Of a DNA stretch of 64,000 nt, positions 1 to 12,223 are shown one piece after another. Position numbers and translations under genes: made by a program. The notes under the pieces were generated by a model. The model made no database searches. It saw only the letters and a program-made list of their open reading frames with translations, and was not told the origin of the DNA. Numbering within the stretch: the stretch's first letter is position 1; the number at the start of each line of letters is the position of its first letter. Source of the DNA: Malacoraja senta. Taxonomy: Eukaryota. The DNA lies in NCBI GenBank assembly GCA_038087875.1, contig CM075997.1, forward strand, positions 6,574,001-6,638,000, written 5' to 3'.

Positions 1-609
1 TTACCATGTACGTTCAATTTTGATTTGTCCTGCCAAGATGTATCATCTCACACTTATCAACATTAAACCCATCTGTCATGTTTCAACCCACTCTTCCAAA
101 TGATCTAAATCTCTCTGTACACTTTTAAAATCTACTTCATTATTCACAACACCACCTATCTTAGTATCATCTACATACTTATTAATCTATTTTACCACAC
201 CAACATCCAGATTATTGATTCACATGACAAACAGTGGACCCAACACACATCCCCGAGGTACCCCTCTAGTCACTGACCTCCAACCTGACAAACATCCATC
301 CACCATTGCTCTCTGACATCTCCCATACAGCCACTTTTTAATCCATCTTGCTATTCCTTACTAACCCGTCTTAACCAACCTTATTTCCTTATTGAACCTT
401 GTCAAAGGCCTTACTGAAGTTCATCTAGACAACATCCACCACTTTACCCTCATCAATTTCCCTAATAACCTTTTCAAAAAATTCAAGATTAGTCAAACAT
501 CACAATCACAAATCCATGCTAATTCTTCCTAATCCTACCCTATTTATCCAAATTCTTATATATTGTCTTAAGTATCCTTTCCATTATTTTGCCCACCACT
601 GATGTCAAA
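1..609 (-). mobile_element. CR1 LINE RT fragment (5'-truncated, runs off window start)
   Basis: The reverse complement of ~398-440 reads like CR1 RT [15 protein letters not shown], and the region resembles the other CR1 copies in the window. Confidence 0.8.
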
Positions 610-1278
610 CAACGTTCTTGTTAAAACTCTACTCTTTTCTCACATCTTTGTCCTCCTGTTCACTTACCTCAGGGCTATTATCTATTCATACCTGCGGGAC
701 AGCCCTCATGTAATTATTGAAATGGTACCAGGTATATCAACCTTCTACCTGAACATCGGTCGGTAGTTTAGAAAACTCATACATACACCTTGTCTTCAGG
801 TTTAAAGGGTCCTTCCTCCTGGTCCACCTCCAACAGCTTTTACTTTTCCTGTTCATAAATAGACTTGTATATCATAATTAACTGTTTCATATACTTTTTA
901 AATTCTATCTTTTAATTTAATCTTTTTATTTGAATTTCACGGCAATTTACATACATACAATAATAACAGACAGTAATAATCAAGGCATAATTGTACAACA
1001 GTATGTAAGCGATCCTCAAAACCCTTACCCTTACCCACCTTCAACCCACCCAAGTCAGGTCGGAGCCAAACGGGGACAAACAACACTCACATACGTGCAC
1101 ATCCACACACAAATGGTAGAATAGACGAAACAAAATGTGCTATATAAAAATAAAAATAGAAAAAATAAAAAAATAAAAAATATATATATATATACATATA
1201 TATCTAAATAAACAATTGTAGGGAGGGGGGATTAAGGGGAAAGCAGCTGCTGTATAACAAAACGATGATGGAGAACAC

Positions 1279-4200
1279 TCAGTCCTCTTCCGAGTCCGGG
1301 GACAAGGTAAGAGAGTTAACCAGTTCAAAGAAAGGGTTCCATGTATCTAGGAATGTCTTGGTAGAGCCTTTGAGAGAGAACCTAAGTTTTTCAAGTTTCA
1401 GATTGTAAAGCACCTCCTTAATCCAACGGGCGTGTGTCGGGGGACAGGTGAGCCTCCAACTAAGCAAGATCAGTCTCCGGGCTAACAAGGTTGTAAAAGC
1501 TAGGACCCGTTTCACCGCAACAGAGAGGTTGGTATTGGGAGGGGTACCGAAAATGGCTGACATTGGATTTGGAAGAATAGTCTGGTCGTAAGCTCTGCTT
1601 ATCAATTCAAAAGCACTCCTCCAAAAGGCTGCTAGCTTAGGGCAAGACCAAAACATGTGGCTATGGTTGGCAGGAGATTGACTACATCTGTTACAGGTGT
1701 CATTGACAGCTGGGTACATTCTAGCTAATCTTGCATTTGTATAGTGGACTTTGTAAAGGACTTTGCATTGGATTAGGCCATGACGAGCGCATATGGAAGA
1801 AGAGTGGATCAAATCCAAGGCAGAGTCCCATTGCTGGTCTGTTAATTGCGTATTCAGCTCTCCCTCCCACGCAGCTTTTAATGAGGTATGAGGTTTCAAT
1901 AAAACCGACCCTAGCAAATTATACAAAATAGAGATGCATTTCTTCCGATTGGGGTCTAAAGCTAAGATGATATCAGTCAGGGTTTCAGGAGGGCGATTTG
2001 GGAAGTAGGGAAATGTCTTCTTCACAAAATCCCTAATCTGGAAAAACCGAAAAAGGTGGGAGTTTGGGAGGTTGTCGTTAGACGAGAGCTCCGCAAAAGA
2101 TGAGAAGATACCATCCTTATATAGGTTTGTAATACTACTGATGCCATTACTATGCCAGGTTTTAAATGCGTCTATACTTGAAGGTTTAAAAATGTGATTT
2201 TTAAGCAGTGGGGTCAAGATGGAAGGACCCTGTAAACCGAGGTTTTTCCTAAATTGACTCCATATCTTGAGCGAAAGGGACACAATTGGGCCTGCACCCA
2301 CAGATGTTATAGAAGGGGGGAGTTGGGAGCATAGGACAGACCGCAATGGGAGACGTGAACTCGCCTTTTCCATATATAGCCTGATCGGTGGGTGCTCGCA
2401 ATCATCATTCATCCAATACAGGAGTTTTTGCAAGTTAGCTGCCCAGTAGTATCGCCTAAAATCAGGGAGGGCCAAACCGCCATCACTCTTAGGCGACTGC
2501 AGTATCGCCTTTCGGATTCTGACCGGTTTGCTACCCCATAAGAATTTAGATATTGTCCTTTCTAATTTGTCAAAAAAAGATTTGGTGATAAGTATGGGGA
2601 CATGCTGGAAAAGATACAGGGAATTGGGTAGGACAACCATCTTAACCAGATTTATCCGGCCCACGAGTGATAGCGGTAAGACTGACCAGCGATCAAAATC
2701 TTTTTCGGCTTTCTCAAGCAGAGGCAAAAAGTTTGTGCGGAACATATCAGATAAGGGTATTGTGATAAAAACGCCGAGATAGCGAAACCCATCCTCTGCC
2801 CTTTTGAATGAGGTTAAAGAGCGATGGAGCTGCTTAGCCGGTAAGTTAATCGGTAATAGCTCACTCTTTTGGTAGTTAAGTTTATAACCAGAATATGCAC
2901 CAAACCGTTCTAAAATATTCATAATCACAGGGAGAGAACTGATTGGGTTCGAGATGTACAGGAGCAGGTCATCTGCATACAATGAGTCTTTATGAGTTGT
3001 GTCAAACCGTGTCATACCTTTAAAGCCCTTCTCTGCGCGTAACCATACCGCCAGGGGTTCTATCGCGACATCAAACAAGAGTGGAGATAACGGGCAACCC
3101 TGTCTGGTACGTCTCTGAAGTGTGAAGTGGGGCGACAGTATGTCGTTTGTTTGTACTGAGGCCACCGGGGACGAATATAATAGGCTCACCCAGAGAATAA
3201 AACTGTTACCGAGGCCAAACCTATCCATCGCTTCATATAGGTACCTCCACTCGACCCTGTCGAAGGCCTTTTCGGCATCGAGGGAGACCACCATTACTCG
3301 AAGAGTGAATGATGTTAAGGAGACGCCTAGTATTATGGGAAGACTGTCGGCCAGGTATAAACCCTGTTTGATCCAACGAGATAATAGAGGGCATCACTCG
3401 CTGAAGACGAAGCGCAAGGGCTTTAGAAAGGATTTTGAGGTCCACATTCAGGAGTGAGATTGGTCTATAGCTACCACAAAGCAGGGGATCTTTCTCCTTT
3501 TTAAGAATTAGGGAGATGGTAGCCCACGACAAGGTGGGCGGTAGGCGACGATGTAAAAACGCTTCATTGTACATATCTCTCAGGACTGGTGCGAGGAGGT
3601 CAGAGAAAGCTTTGTAATATTCTACAGAGAAGCCGTCAGGGCCGGGTGACTTTCCGCTTTGCAGCGATGTGATGGCTGCTTGGACCTCAGCTACAGTTAT
3701 GGGACCACCCAAGTCTCTCATGGCTTCTTCGTCAATTCGAGGAAGCGTCATACTACTGAACATGTCACCTGCAGTGGGGGGACAGTCGGAAGTGTATAGT
3801 TCAGTGTAGAATTTAGCAAATGCTTCATTAATTCTGAGAGGATCAGTATGAGTCTCCCCTGAGCTGGATCTAATGGCTGGAATTAGCCGTGAAGTCGCCT
3901 CTGTTCTGGCCTGATGGGCCAAAAGCTTTCCAGCTTTATCCCCAGATTCAAAAAAGTGTTGCCTAGATTTAAGCAGTCGTAGTTTGGCTTTATTAATGGA
4001 TATGAGGTCAAAGTCTGTTTGTAGCCTAAGGCGTTCTCTATAGAGATTAGGGTTTGGGTCAGATGCATATTTGTCCTTTATTTTTTGTAACAGATCTGCC
4101 GTTTGGAACGTCTCGGTTCTTTTCAGGTTGGAGATAAAGGAAATGAGTTGGCCCCTAATATAGGCTTTTGAAGCTTCCCAAAGTATACCTCTTTCTATGT

Positions 4201-5043
4201 CCGGCGAGTCATTCAGCTCAAAATATAGGGTGATTTGGGAGTGCAAGAATTGCATGTAGTGAGCCTCTGCTAATAATGAGGAGTTGAACCTCCACTTAAA
4301 GGGGTTAGTTCGTTTACGAAAATGAAGATCAAGGGAGGTCGCAGCATGATCTGATATTACGATGCTATGGTATTCACTGGATTTGATTTTGGAAAGCAAT
4401 CTATTATCTAAGAGAAAGAAGTCTATACGGGTAAACGTACGATGTACGTGGGAGAAAAATGAAAATAATTTAGTCGTGGCGAATATAAATCTCCATGGAT
4501 CTGTGAGCCCCAGTTGTTTGGCAAGAACATGCAGAGTCTTACCGGATTTAGTTAAAGTAGAGGCTTTATTCGAAGATCTATCCAGTATAGGATCTTGGAC
4601 CAGGTTAAAATCTCCACCCACATGACATGGTAATTTTCAATATTTGGGAGAGATGTAAAAAATTTAGTTATAAATGAGCTGTCATCCCAGTTGGGTCCAT
4701 AAATGCTTGCCAATATGACAGGTGTATCTTGCAATTTGCCCGACACCATGACAAAGCGACCAGCAGGGTCTTCCACAGTTTTCTGTGGTTCGAACTTAAT
4801 GTTCTTACGAATCAGGATAGCGGTGCCCCTAGCCCTATTATTAAATTTCGAGTGAAATAGTTGACTAATCCAGCCTCTCTTAAGCCGTGTTACTTCTCTG
4901 TTGCGAAGGTGGGTCTCTTGGATAAAGAATATATCGCCTTTGAGCTGTTGCAAATGGGCCAAGATCCTATCAGTTTTGGTAGGACTTCCCATCCCTCTCA
5001 CGTTCCACGAGACAAATCTAAGAGTATCGTTTGTGTTGGCCAT
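1279..5043 (-). pseudogene. L1 ORF2p (endonuclease/reverse transcriptase), two frameshifts
   Basis: Three overlapping ORFs: 4552-5043 (SWNVRG, QETH), 3233-4621 (GGDFN, RIDFF, SDH, KSPGPDG, YRPISLLN) and 1279-3294 (DAEKAFD, QGCPLSP, YADD, CNRC..HMFWSC). Confidence 0.92.
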
Positions 5044-6248
5044 TTTTAGCTATATGGGTAATGCGCTGTAGTTCTGCAAAACGAGACGGAAGAGCGCATC
5101 GAAGCCAGCTGCCGAGGGGGGGGAAATATATATATATATATATATGAAGTAAAATAAAACAAAAACAAAAACAAAACAAAAAAACAAGAACAAAAACATA
5201 CAAACACGGTAAACAAGTGGAACACATATCATTTAACCATCTTTCAAACCTGAGTCTCCAGACCTGAGATCCCCCATGTCTCAACTGAACCTTAAGTGCC
5301 CATTGCACCAAGGTGCATTGTCCTCGCTTCCGCATGGAGATATCCGATCTTAACTCCCTATATCACAGCTTCCCAAAGCGACGGAGTCACTCAGTGTCGA
5401 TAAGGTAACATTAAATAAAATAAGTATAGTAATAGTAATAATGACGATGATGATAATAATTTGAAAAACAGAGAGTAGGAATAAAGTAAGATAAACATAC
5501 ATTGATAAATGCAAAGTTAAAATAATAACCATAGTGGTTACACTGCCAGTACCATTGCTAACACTAATAGTAATAATAGCAATGATGATAGTCACAATAA
5601 GACAAAACATATTAACAAAATGGTGATACTAAATAAACCAGCTAACGTGTAAGTGGAGCCAGAATAACTTCCTTTGGTGTTGCATAGTATGTCTTAAAAT
5701 CGACAAAGTATAAAGAGAGAGTTGGCGTTGGAGAAGTTAGCAAATTACAAACTGGGCTGTTGGATTAAAGCACAATGCTAAAGGCATAAATTATGTTTTG
5801 TTAAACAAAAAAGGTATAAGATAAGATTTGTATAACACAGCCCTGGCTGTAATGAGCTCTTATCAGCCCCAGACAGTTCGTTATGAAGATCAGTATAAGC
5901 AAACTAGCCAGGTACTGACAGCGTTAGCGGCCAGCTGCTAAGAACAGGAAGGCAGAGACCAAACCACAAAGTGAGTCCCTTAAGCCCAGCTTTATAGCAT
6001 ATGCTGGTGAGGGACCCCTCAAGCACGATTACACCTAGACAATATAAGAAAAAGTTGATATAAAATATTCACAAATCCTGGTGATTTCTTACCAGCCTCA
6101 TACATTTCGAAACCGGGGTCTAGCATAATCAGCAATGCTGAACGCTAACCATAGCTAGTTATTAGGAACAGTCAAGCTAAAGTTAGTCCATGTAACCATA
6201 GGTTAACCGGGCCCCTGTGCCACTCGAATATAGACGTACTGAACGAAG

Positions 6249-7092
6249 TCAGTCATCTGTGGGTCCCGGTCTGCGTCGATGGTAAGATGAGATGAAATCC
6301 TGAGCGTCCTCGGGAGATGTTAGTCGTCGCCTCTTTCCCTCCCCGGACATTATGAACAGCTTGGCTGGATAATGAAGGGAGGGTTTGAAACCCAGGTTAT
6401 ACAGCTCCTTCATAACGTCTCGGTACGCGAAGCGTTGTTCAACTATCTCGGGACAGTAGTCTTCAAAAATGTGGAAAGGGGTATCTTTGTATTTCAGCTT
6501 ACCCCTCTGCCTCCGAGCCTCACGTACCACCAACTCACGGGTCTGGTATCTATGAAAGCAGATCACAACTGCTCTGGGTTTCTCACCAGGGCTTGGCTTG
6601 GCTGTTAGCGTACGGTAGGCTCGGTCTAGCTCCGGGGCTGATTCCAGTATGTGTTCGCCAAGAGTCTCGAGCAGAGGTTGAGAGAAAAACGCTGTTGTTT
6701 GGGAGCCCTCGATATTCTCGGGAAGACCCACTATCCTTATGTAATTTCGGCGACTCCTGCCTTCCAGGCTGATAAGCTTAGCCTTTAGCGTTCTCTTCGG
6801 TCACCGTAGTTAACATTAACGTTATAGCTCGTATATCTTGGCTAGTGGTAGCGGCAAAAGACTCCAATGACGAGAGACGGTGTTGGTGGTCTAACATAGT
6901 GGTCTGGATATTGCCCAGCTTCGTTTCCAATTTGGTAAACGCAGTGTTGAATTCTGCCAGTAACAATACCTTATGTTCTGTTAACATGGCTGCTAGCGTG
7001 GCCATACCAGTGCTGGTCGTCGGGTCTTCTGTCTTTTGCTCCGCTTTCTTTCCTTTGTTTGGCATCTTTACAGCATAGAGAGGTACTGACAA
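6249..7092 (-). pseudogene. L1 ORF1p (coiled-coil plus RNA-binding domain), frameshifted
   Basis: ORFs 6778-7092 and 6249-6731, with motifs GLPENIEG, ELDRAYR, KPRAVVICFH and YPAKL typical of fish L1 ORF1. Confidence 0.85.
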
Positions 7093-9572
7093 TGATGTTT
7101 AAATGTTTGTGGGTGGTTAAAAAACTTAGACTGAGCTGTAATAAAAGTTGGAGGTGAAAAGGTCGGGAGCATGGAAAAGTGCGACTACTCCAACATGTCG
7201 CCCCCACTGGAAGTCTCTTTAAATTCTATCTTTAACTGTTCCAAACTCGGTCTCTTGTAGGGACCTCTCCATTGTGCCACCTGCTCGGTTAGTTTGCATG
7301 CAACATCTCTTCAGTGCCAATGGCAGGGCATCGATCCAATTCAACTTTGTAATTAAACAAATCTTATTTATATTAACCTTCAATGTTCCATTTATTCTTT
7401 CCACCATGCCTGTGACTGTAGGTGTTACATACCCAAATGTGTATTTTACTCTAAGGGTCTCTATCGCCAACTTAGCTACTCCCTAAATGAAAACAATCCG
7501 TTGTCAAAGCTGATTTCTGTAGGTCTACCAAACCTCTTAATTACCTTATTCATCATAAACGACACTACAGGGCTTATACCTAATCTAGTCTGAACTATAT
7601 CCTGCCTTTTCCCAAGGTTATCATCCTCTGTCCTACATTCTGAAGTGTTTTTTTTTTTTTTTAATCTCTCTCTCTCTTAAATTGCTTTTCACTTATGGAA
7701 CAATACCAAAAAATCCTCCTTTAAATCCCTTTCTCTCTTGGGGACCCCAGTCCTGTTAGGGCTTATATCCAGATTAATTTCACTCCTGATAGGACTTTTT
7801 GAGGAAACGTTCCCCAAAGACATTCATTATTGGCATGTAATTCTCTGGCCCTGCTTGGTTCTGTCATAGGACTCACTTAGGTCCATTGTTTATTGACAAC
7901 AGCTCCTCCTGCTGGTTTGCAAGTCTTTTTCCCATCTTTGCGATATTTCTCGGCCGCAGAGACTAACTGTTCGCTGAATCTGCTTGACTTTAAGAAGAAT
8001 GACATCCACCACTGTAGTTCATAATATAATGTTCATCAATCAACTCTCCACCTTTTCAGCTGGTTTTCCAGATAGCCTACATTATTTGCCTTTCCTTCTT
8101 GTGTATCTCCCCTTTGTTCCTTGGGGTTCCTCTTAAGTGGGTAACATTGTCTGAGGGCCTGCCATACCCTCTGCCTGACTGTCAAACAGTATGCCATTGC
8201 TTGTTACATTGTTCGCATCAGTTTATACCATCCATCTTCAGTAGTTCTGTCACTTTAGTGGTTCCTATCACTTTTACCAACAGTGCCTTCAAATCTTCCA
8301 TGATCAATAATCGTCCCACGTTCTCCTCCTCCAAAGCCCTAATCCATTTCCTCCCCCATCAGGGATATAGGGTGAGGTATTTTTTAGCCCTCTCAGTTTA
8401 TGGGTGCCCCAAGGGATAATCTGTGTCTGGCCTCTTTTCTCTTTAAAGCAGTCTCATCACTTTATCCCAATGCTTCCCACTTTAAAATCCTTTCTGGTAT
8501 GCCTTCTTTCTTATTCTAAATTCAATTTCTTGCTTCTCAAATATTCTAGCCTTCTTGCAAATTCATTCACCTTTCTTTTAAAAAAAAAAATCTTCCACTG
8601 ACTCCTGCTTTATTACTTTCACGCCTGTCGTTTTTCTACTTCTGTTATCTTCTAACTGCCTCTCTCTCCTTTCTTTCTAAACTTGAATGTTTACCAATTA
8701 ACTTATTTCCAATTATTTCAATCCATATTCACCACTATTTTAAATGTCCAATTCCTAGCACTAGTAACACTTTTCCAAATTATCTTTACTGACTAGAAAT
8801 CTAAATGAACATCAGAAAAACCAAAAGCTGGTTTCACAACTTCCCCTTCTAGGTTACGAGGATACAAACAATTAATCGTTATCTTACAGCTGTTCGTCGC
8901 CTTTCACCATGACCTGATTTATTTAAAGGAACATACACCTACCTGCAGAGGACATTTTTGATTTTAATAAAACTTACTTACTTACTCTTACAGTGGTCTA
9001 CAAATACAATAAACAAAATAATTATCACATATATAAACTTCCTCTTTCATTCCAAACCGTTTTTTACACACAAATCACATTCGTTCCATTCTTACTTCAA
9101 ATAAATGCAACATCTTTTACATGTATTAAAACTCAAAATAACAGAATCAAATCATTTTTGTCTTCTCCAATCCCATGGTATTTCTCTGCCCCCAGAGGCT
9201 CAGCATTCGCCCCAACGGACTATCAGGCAGAATGCGGGGGTCGGGCTTACCGCCCTTCCCCTCCCTTTTGGGCTTTCCGTTTTCATTGCCCATCCTCCCG
9301 ATCGGAATTCCCCCCCGATCTATTTCCCCCCGATCTATTTAATCGCCCGAGTAGTACTTAATAGTCAGTTTTCTTACCCAGGTCTTGTGCACAAGAATCA
9401 CTCGATTTGTCTCCTCGCGATTTCCAACGACTCCCACTTGTTTCTCTAATCTCTGGTCCTGGATATCACTCGCCCAAACCGCTGACGGCAAGCAAGGGGT
9501 CTAGGGGCCGCTAAATCAGCGGGGTGCACCGTCCCTTCTCCCGTATACCGCCGCCAGCTGGCCGGAGTGGCA

Positions 9573-9591
9573 ATCCCGAGACGAGCCCCCA
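9573..9591 (-). promoter_or_regulatory. Primer binding site complementary to tRNA-Pro
   Basis: Minus strand reads TGGGGGCTCGTCTCGGGAT versus canonical PBS-Pro TGGGGGCTCGTCCGGGAT (one extra T). Confidence 0.85.
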
Positions 9592-9593
9592 TC

Positions 9594-10111
9594 TGTCAGG
9601 TGCAAAAAACTGATTGCTCACAATCACGATGCTTAGAGAATTTAGAGAAACAAGTTCATTTATTAGCAAGTCTGCAGAGTCGGGTGTCTCCCTTATCAAG
9701 ACACACCGAGACCAGGAAATTCACTCTTTTATTCACACCATTTTACAATGGTTTACACCTTTAATTCCTCCCCTTCGGGCTCCTTCCAATCAGAGCACTG
9801 AGGTGCACAATCTAACCGTAACGCCCCGTAACGCCCCGCAACGCCCAGGGTACCTCCCAGATCATACATCGCATGTGCATTTAAATGAGACATCTTGTCA
9901 TGATGGGCGTGTGTACATATTCATGTAAGTTCATTGCCCATGCGCACAGAGAGTTGCTCATGACCCTTACCCTAGTTCTACCCGGACGGTCTCCTTATCT
10001 CCTTTGTTCTCATCCTTGAAAAAGTCACCATCTGTACTCGTGCATCCACTCCCTACTATACAAAGGGTTCTTAGTCTAAATCAACTTATACCTATTAACC
10101 CCTTCCTCACA
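9594..10111 (-). repeat. ERV 5' LTR (~518 bp)
   Basis: On the minus strand it starts TGTGAGG and ends CCTGACA (TG...CA, imperfect terminal inverted repeat). AATAAA lies at ~9659-9664 on minus, and the PBS follows 2 nt after the LTR end. Confidence 0.7.
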
Positions 10112-10335
10112 GGGAGTAAAAAACTAAACGGCACAGGCTTAATGAGAGGAGAAAGATTTAAAGATGACTTAAGGGGTAACATTTTCACACAGTGGATGGT
10201 GGGTTCATGGAATGATCTGCCAGAGGAAGTGGTAGAGACACGTATAATAACTTTTAAAAGACAGGTACGTGGATGGGCAAGGCTTAGAGGGAAATTGGTT
10301 TGTTGCAGGCAAATGGGAATAGCTTGGATGGAGTA
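10112..10335 (+). mobile_element. Degenerate CR1 3' fragment
   Basis: Encodes a CR1 C-terminal-like peptide (RGNIFTQ..WNDLPEEVVE). Confidence 0.6.
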
Positions 10336-10345
10336 TCTCGGTCAG

Positions 10346-11430
10346 CATAGAAACATATAAAATATGTGCAGGAGGAGGCCATTTGGCCCTTCGAGCCAGC
10401 ACCGCCATTCATTGTGATTATGGCTGATCATCCACAATCAGTAACCCGTGCCTGCCTTCTCCCCATATCCCTTGATTCCGCTAGCCCCTAGAGCTCTGTC
10501 TAACTCTCTTTTTAATTCATCCACTGAATTGGCCGCTACTGCCTTCTGTGGCAGAGAATTCCACAAATTCACAACTGTGGGTGAAAATGTTTCTTTTCTC
10601 ATCTCAGTTTTAAATGGCCTCCCCTTTATTCTTAGACTGTGGCCCCTGGTTCTTGACTCGCCCAACATTACAGACAAAAATTCCTACATCTAGCTTGTCC
10701 AGTCCTTTTATGATTTTATATGTTTCTATAAGATAGCCTCTCATCCTTCTAAATTCCAGTGAATACAAGCCAAGTCTTTCCAATCTTTCTTTATATGACA
10801 GTCCCGCCATCCTGGGGATTAACCTCATGAATCTGTGCTGCACTGCCTCAATAGCAAGGATGTCCTGCCTCAAATTAGGAGACCGAAACTGCACACAATA
10901 CTCCAGTTGTGGTCTCACTGGACCCTGTACAACTGCAGAAGGACCTCTTTACTCCTATACTCAAATCCCCTCGTTATGAAGGCCAACATGCCATTAGCTT
11001 TCTTCACTGCCTGCTGTATCTGCATGTTTACTTTCAGTGACTGGTGTACAAGGACACCCAGGTCTGGTTACACTTCCCTTTCTCCTAATCTGACACCATT
11101 GAGATAATGGTCTGCCTCCTTGTTCTTGCCGCCAAAGTGGATAACTTCACATTTATCTACATTATACTGCATCTGCTCACTCACTCAACCTGTCCAAATC
11201 ACCCTGCAACCTCTTAGCATCCTCTTCGCAGTTCACACTGCCACCCAGCTTTGTGTCATCTGCAAATTTACAGTGTTACTTTTAATCCCATCATCTAAAT
11301 CATCAATATATATTGGAAATAATTGTGGCCCCAGCACCGAGCCTAGCGGCACTCCACTGCCTGTCATTCTGACAGGGACCCGTTTATTCCTACTCTTTGT
11401 TTCCTGTCTGCCATCCAATTCACTATCCAT
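10346..11430 (-). mobile_element. CR1 LINE 3' fragment
   Basis: Motifs SGVPLGSVLGP, RPQLEYCVQF and SRTRGHSLRI, plus the CR1 3'UTR GGCGGTGCTGGCTCGAAGGGCC. Confidence 0.85.
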
Positions 11431-11469
11431 GCAGAGACAAGTCGGACCAAAGGGCCTATTTAGTATGAA

Positions 11470-11700
11470 GGTAGAGACAAAATGCTGGAGTAACTCGGTG
11501 GGACTCTGGAGAGAAGGAATGGGTGACGCTCCAGGTCAAGACCCTTCTTCAGACTCTTTATTTGTTGTTTAGTGTTATGTCCTGATGGATGTAGGCAAGC
11601 ATACACTATGCCTTGTCTAAAGGGTCCTGACCTGAAACGTCACCAATCCTTTTTCACCAGCCATGCTGCCTAACCCATTGAGTTACTCCAGTACTTTGCA
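11470..11700. mobile_element. Two inverted Penelope-derived short repeats (hammerhead-type)
   Basis: CAAAATGCTGGAGTAACTC...ACCCTTCTTCAGACT, and an opposite copy ...GAAACGTCACC...GAGTTACTCCAG. Same family as at 22360, 46530 and 60750. Confidence 0.6.
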
Positions 11701-12223
11701 TTTATCTATACCATAGGCCTTCTTTACCGTTTTACCTACTTGTGTTGCCACTTTTGGGGAGCTGTGCACTTGACCCCAAGATCCCTCTATACATTAATGC
11801 TGATCGAGGATCTTGCCATCTATATATATACTACTAAAACTCTTATCTTGTTTGTTTGTATGTGTGCGTGAGATCCTGAAACCCCGCCAAAATGATAGCG
11901 CTACAATATTTGGCCTACCTTACTCGTCATTGTCCTGGGATGTAAATGAAACAAGTTTAATTCGGTTTGATGTTATGTTTTACAAATTATTGACATTTAA
12001 AACTTTACAAAAATCACTTTTGAAACCACTTTTCCACTGCCCTGCCCATCAGCCGCATTCGACATCACAATGGGGTCCACAATGGGGATAGAGGGAAAGG
12101 AGGGCAGTGGGGGAGGTGAAGAGGGAGAGTGGGGGAGTGTGATTGGGGCGAGGTGAGGCATGGGGGAGCAGGGAGAGATGGAGAGGAGGAAACCATGGTT
12201 GAGTAGGCCAATTTGGCACGACT

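Larger units (their letters stand above)
913..7217 (-). mobile_element. Full-length L1-clade LINE with 16-bp TSD
   Basis: Contains ORF1 and ORF2 (APE, RT, C-terminal CCHC). TSD TTTAAATTCTATCTTT is at 897-912 and 7218-7233. The 5' end is GAGACTTCCAGTGG and the 3' end is A-rich. Confidence 0.92.
610..10111 (-). mobile_element. Internally deleted ERV remnant (5' LTR, PBS-Pro, gag remnant, integrase remnant), split by an L1 insertion
   Basis: LTR 9594-10111 and PBS 9573-9591. Integrase core GMVERINGTLK..NWIDALPLAL lies at 7219-7470. The integrase C-terminus (GPFKPEDKVYV..DVQVEG..TWYH) continues at ~690-912 on the far side of the L1. Confidence 0.8.
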
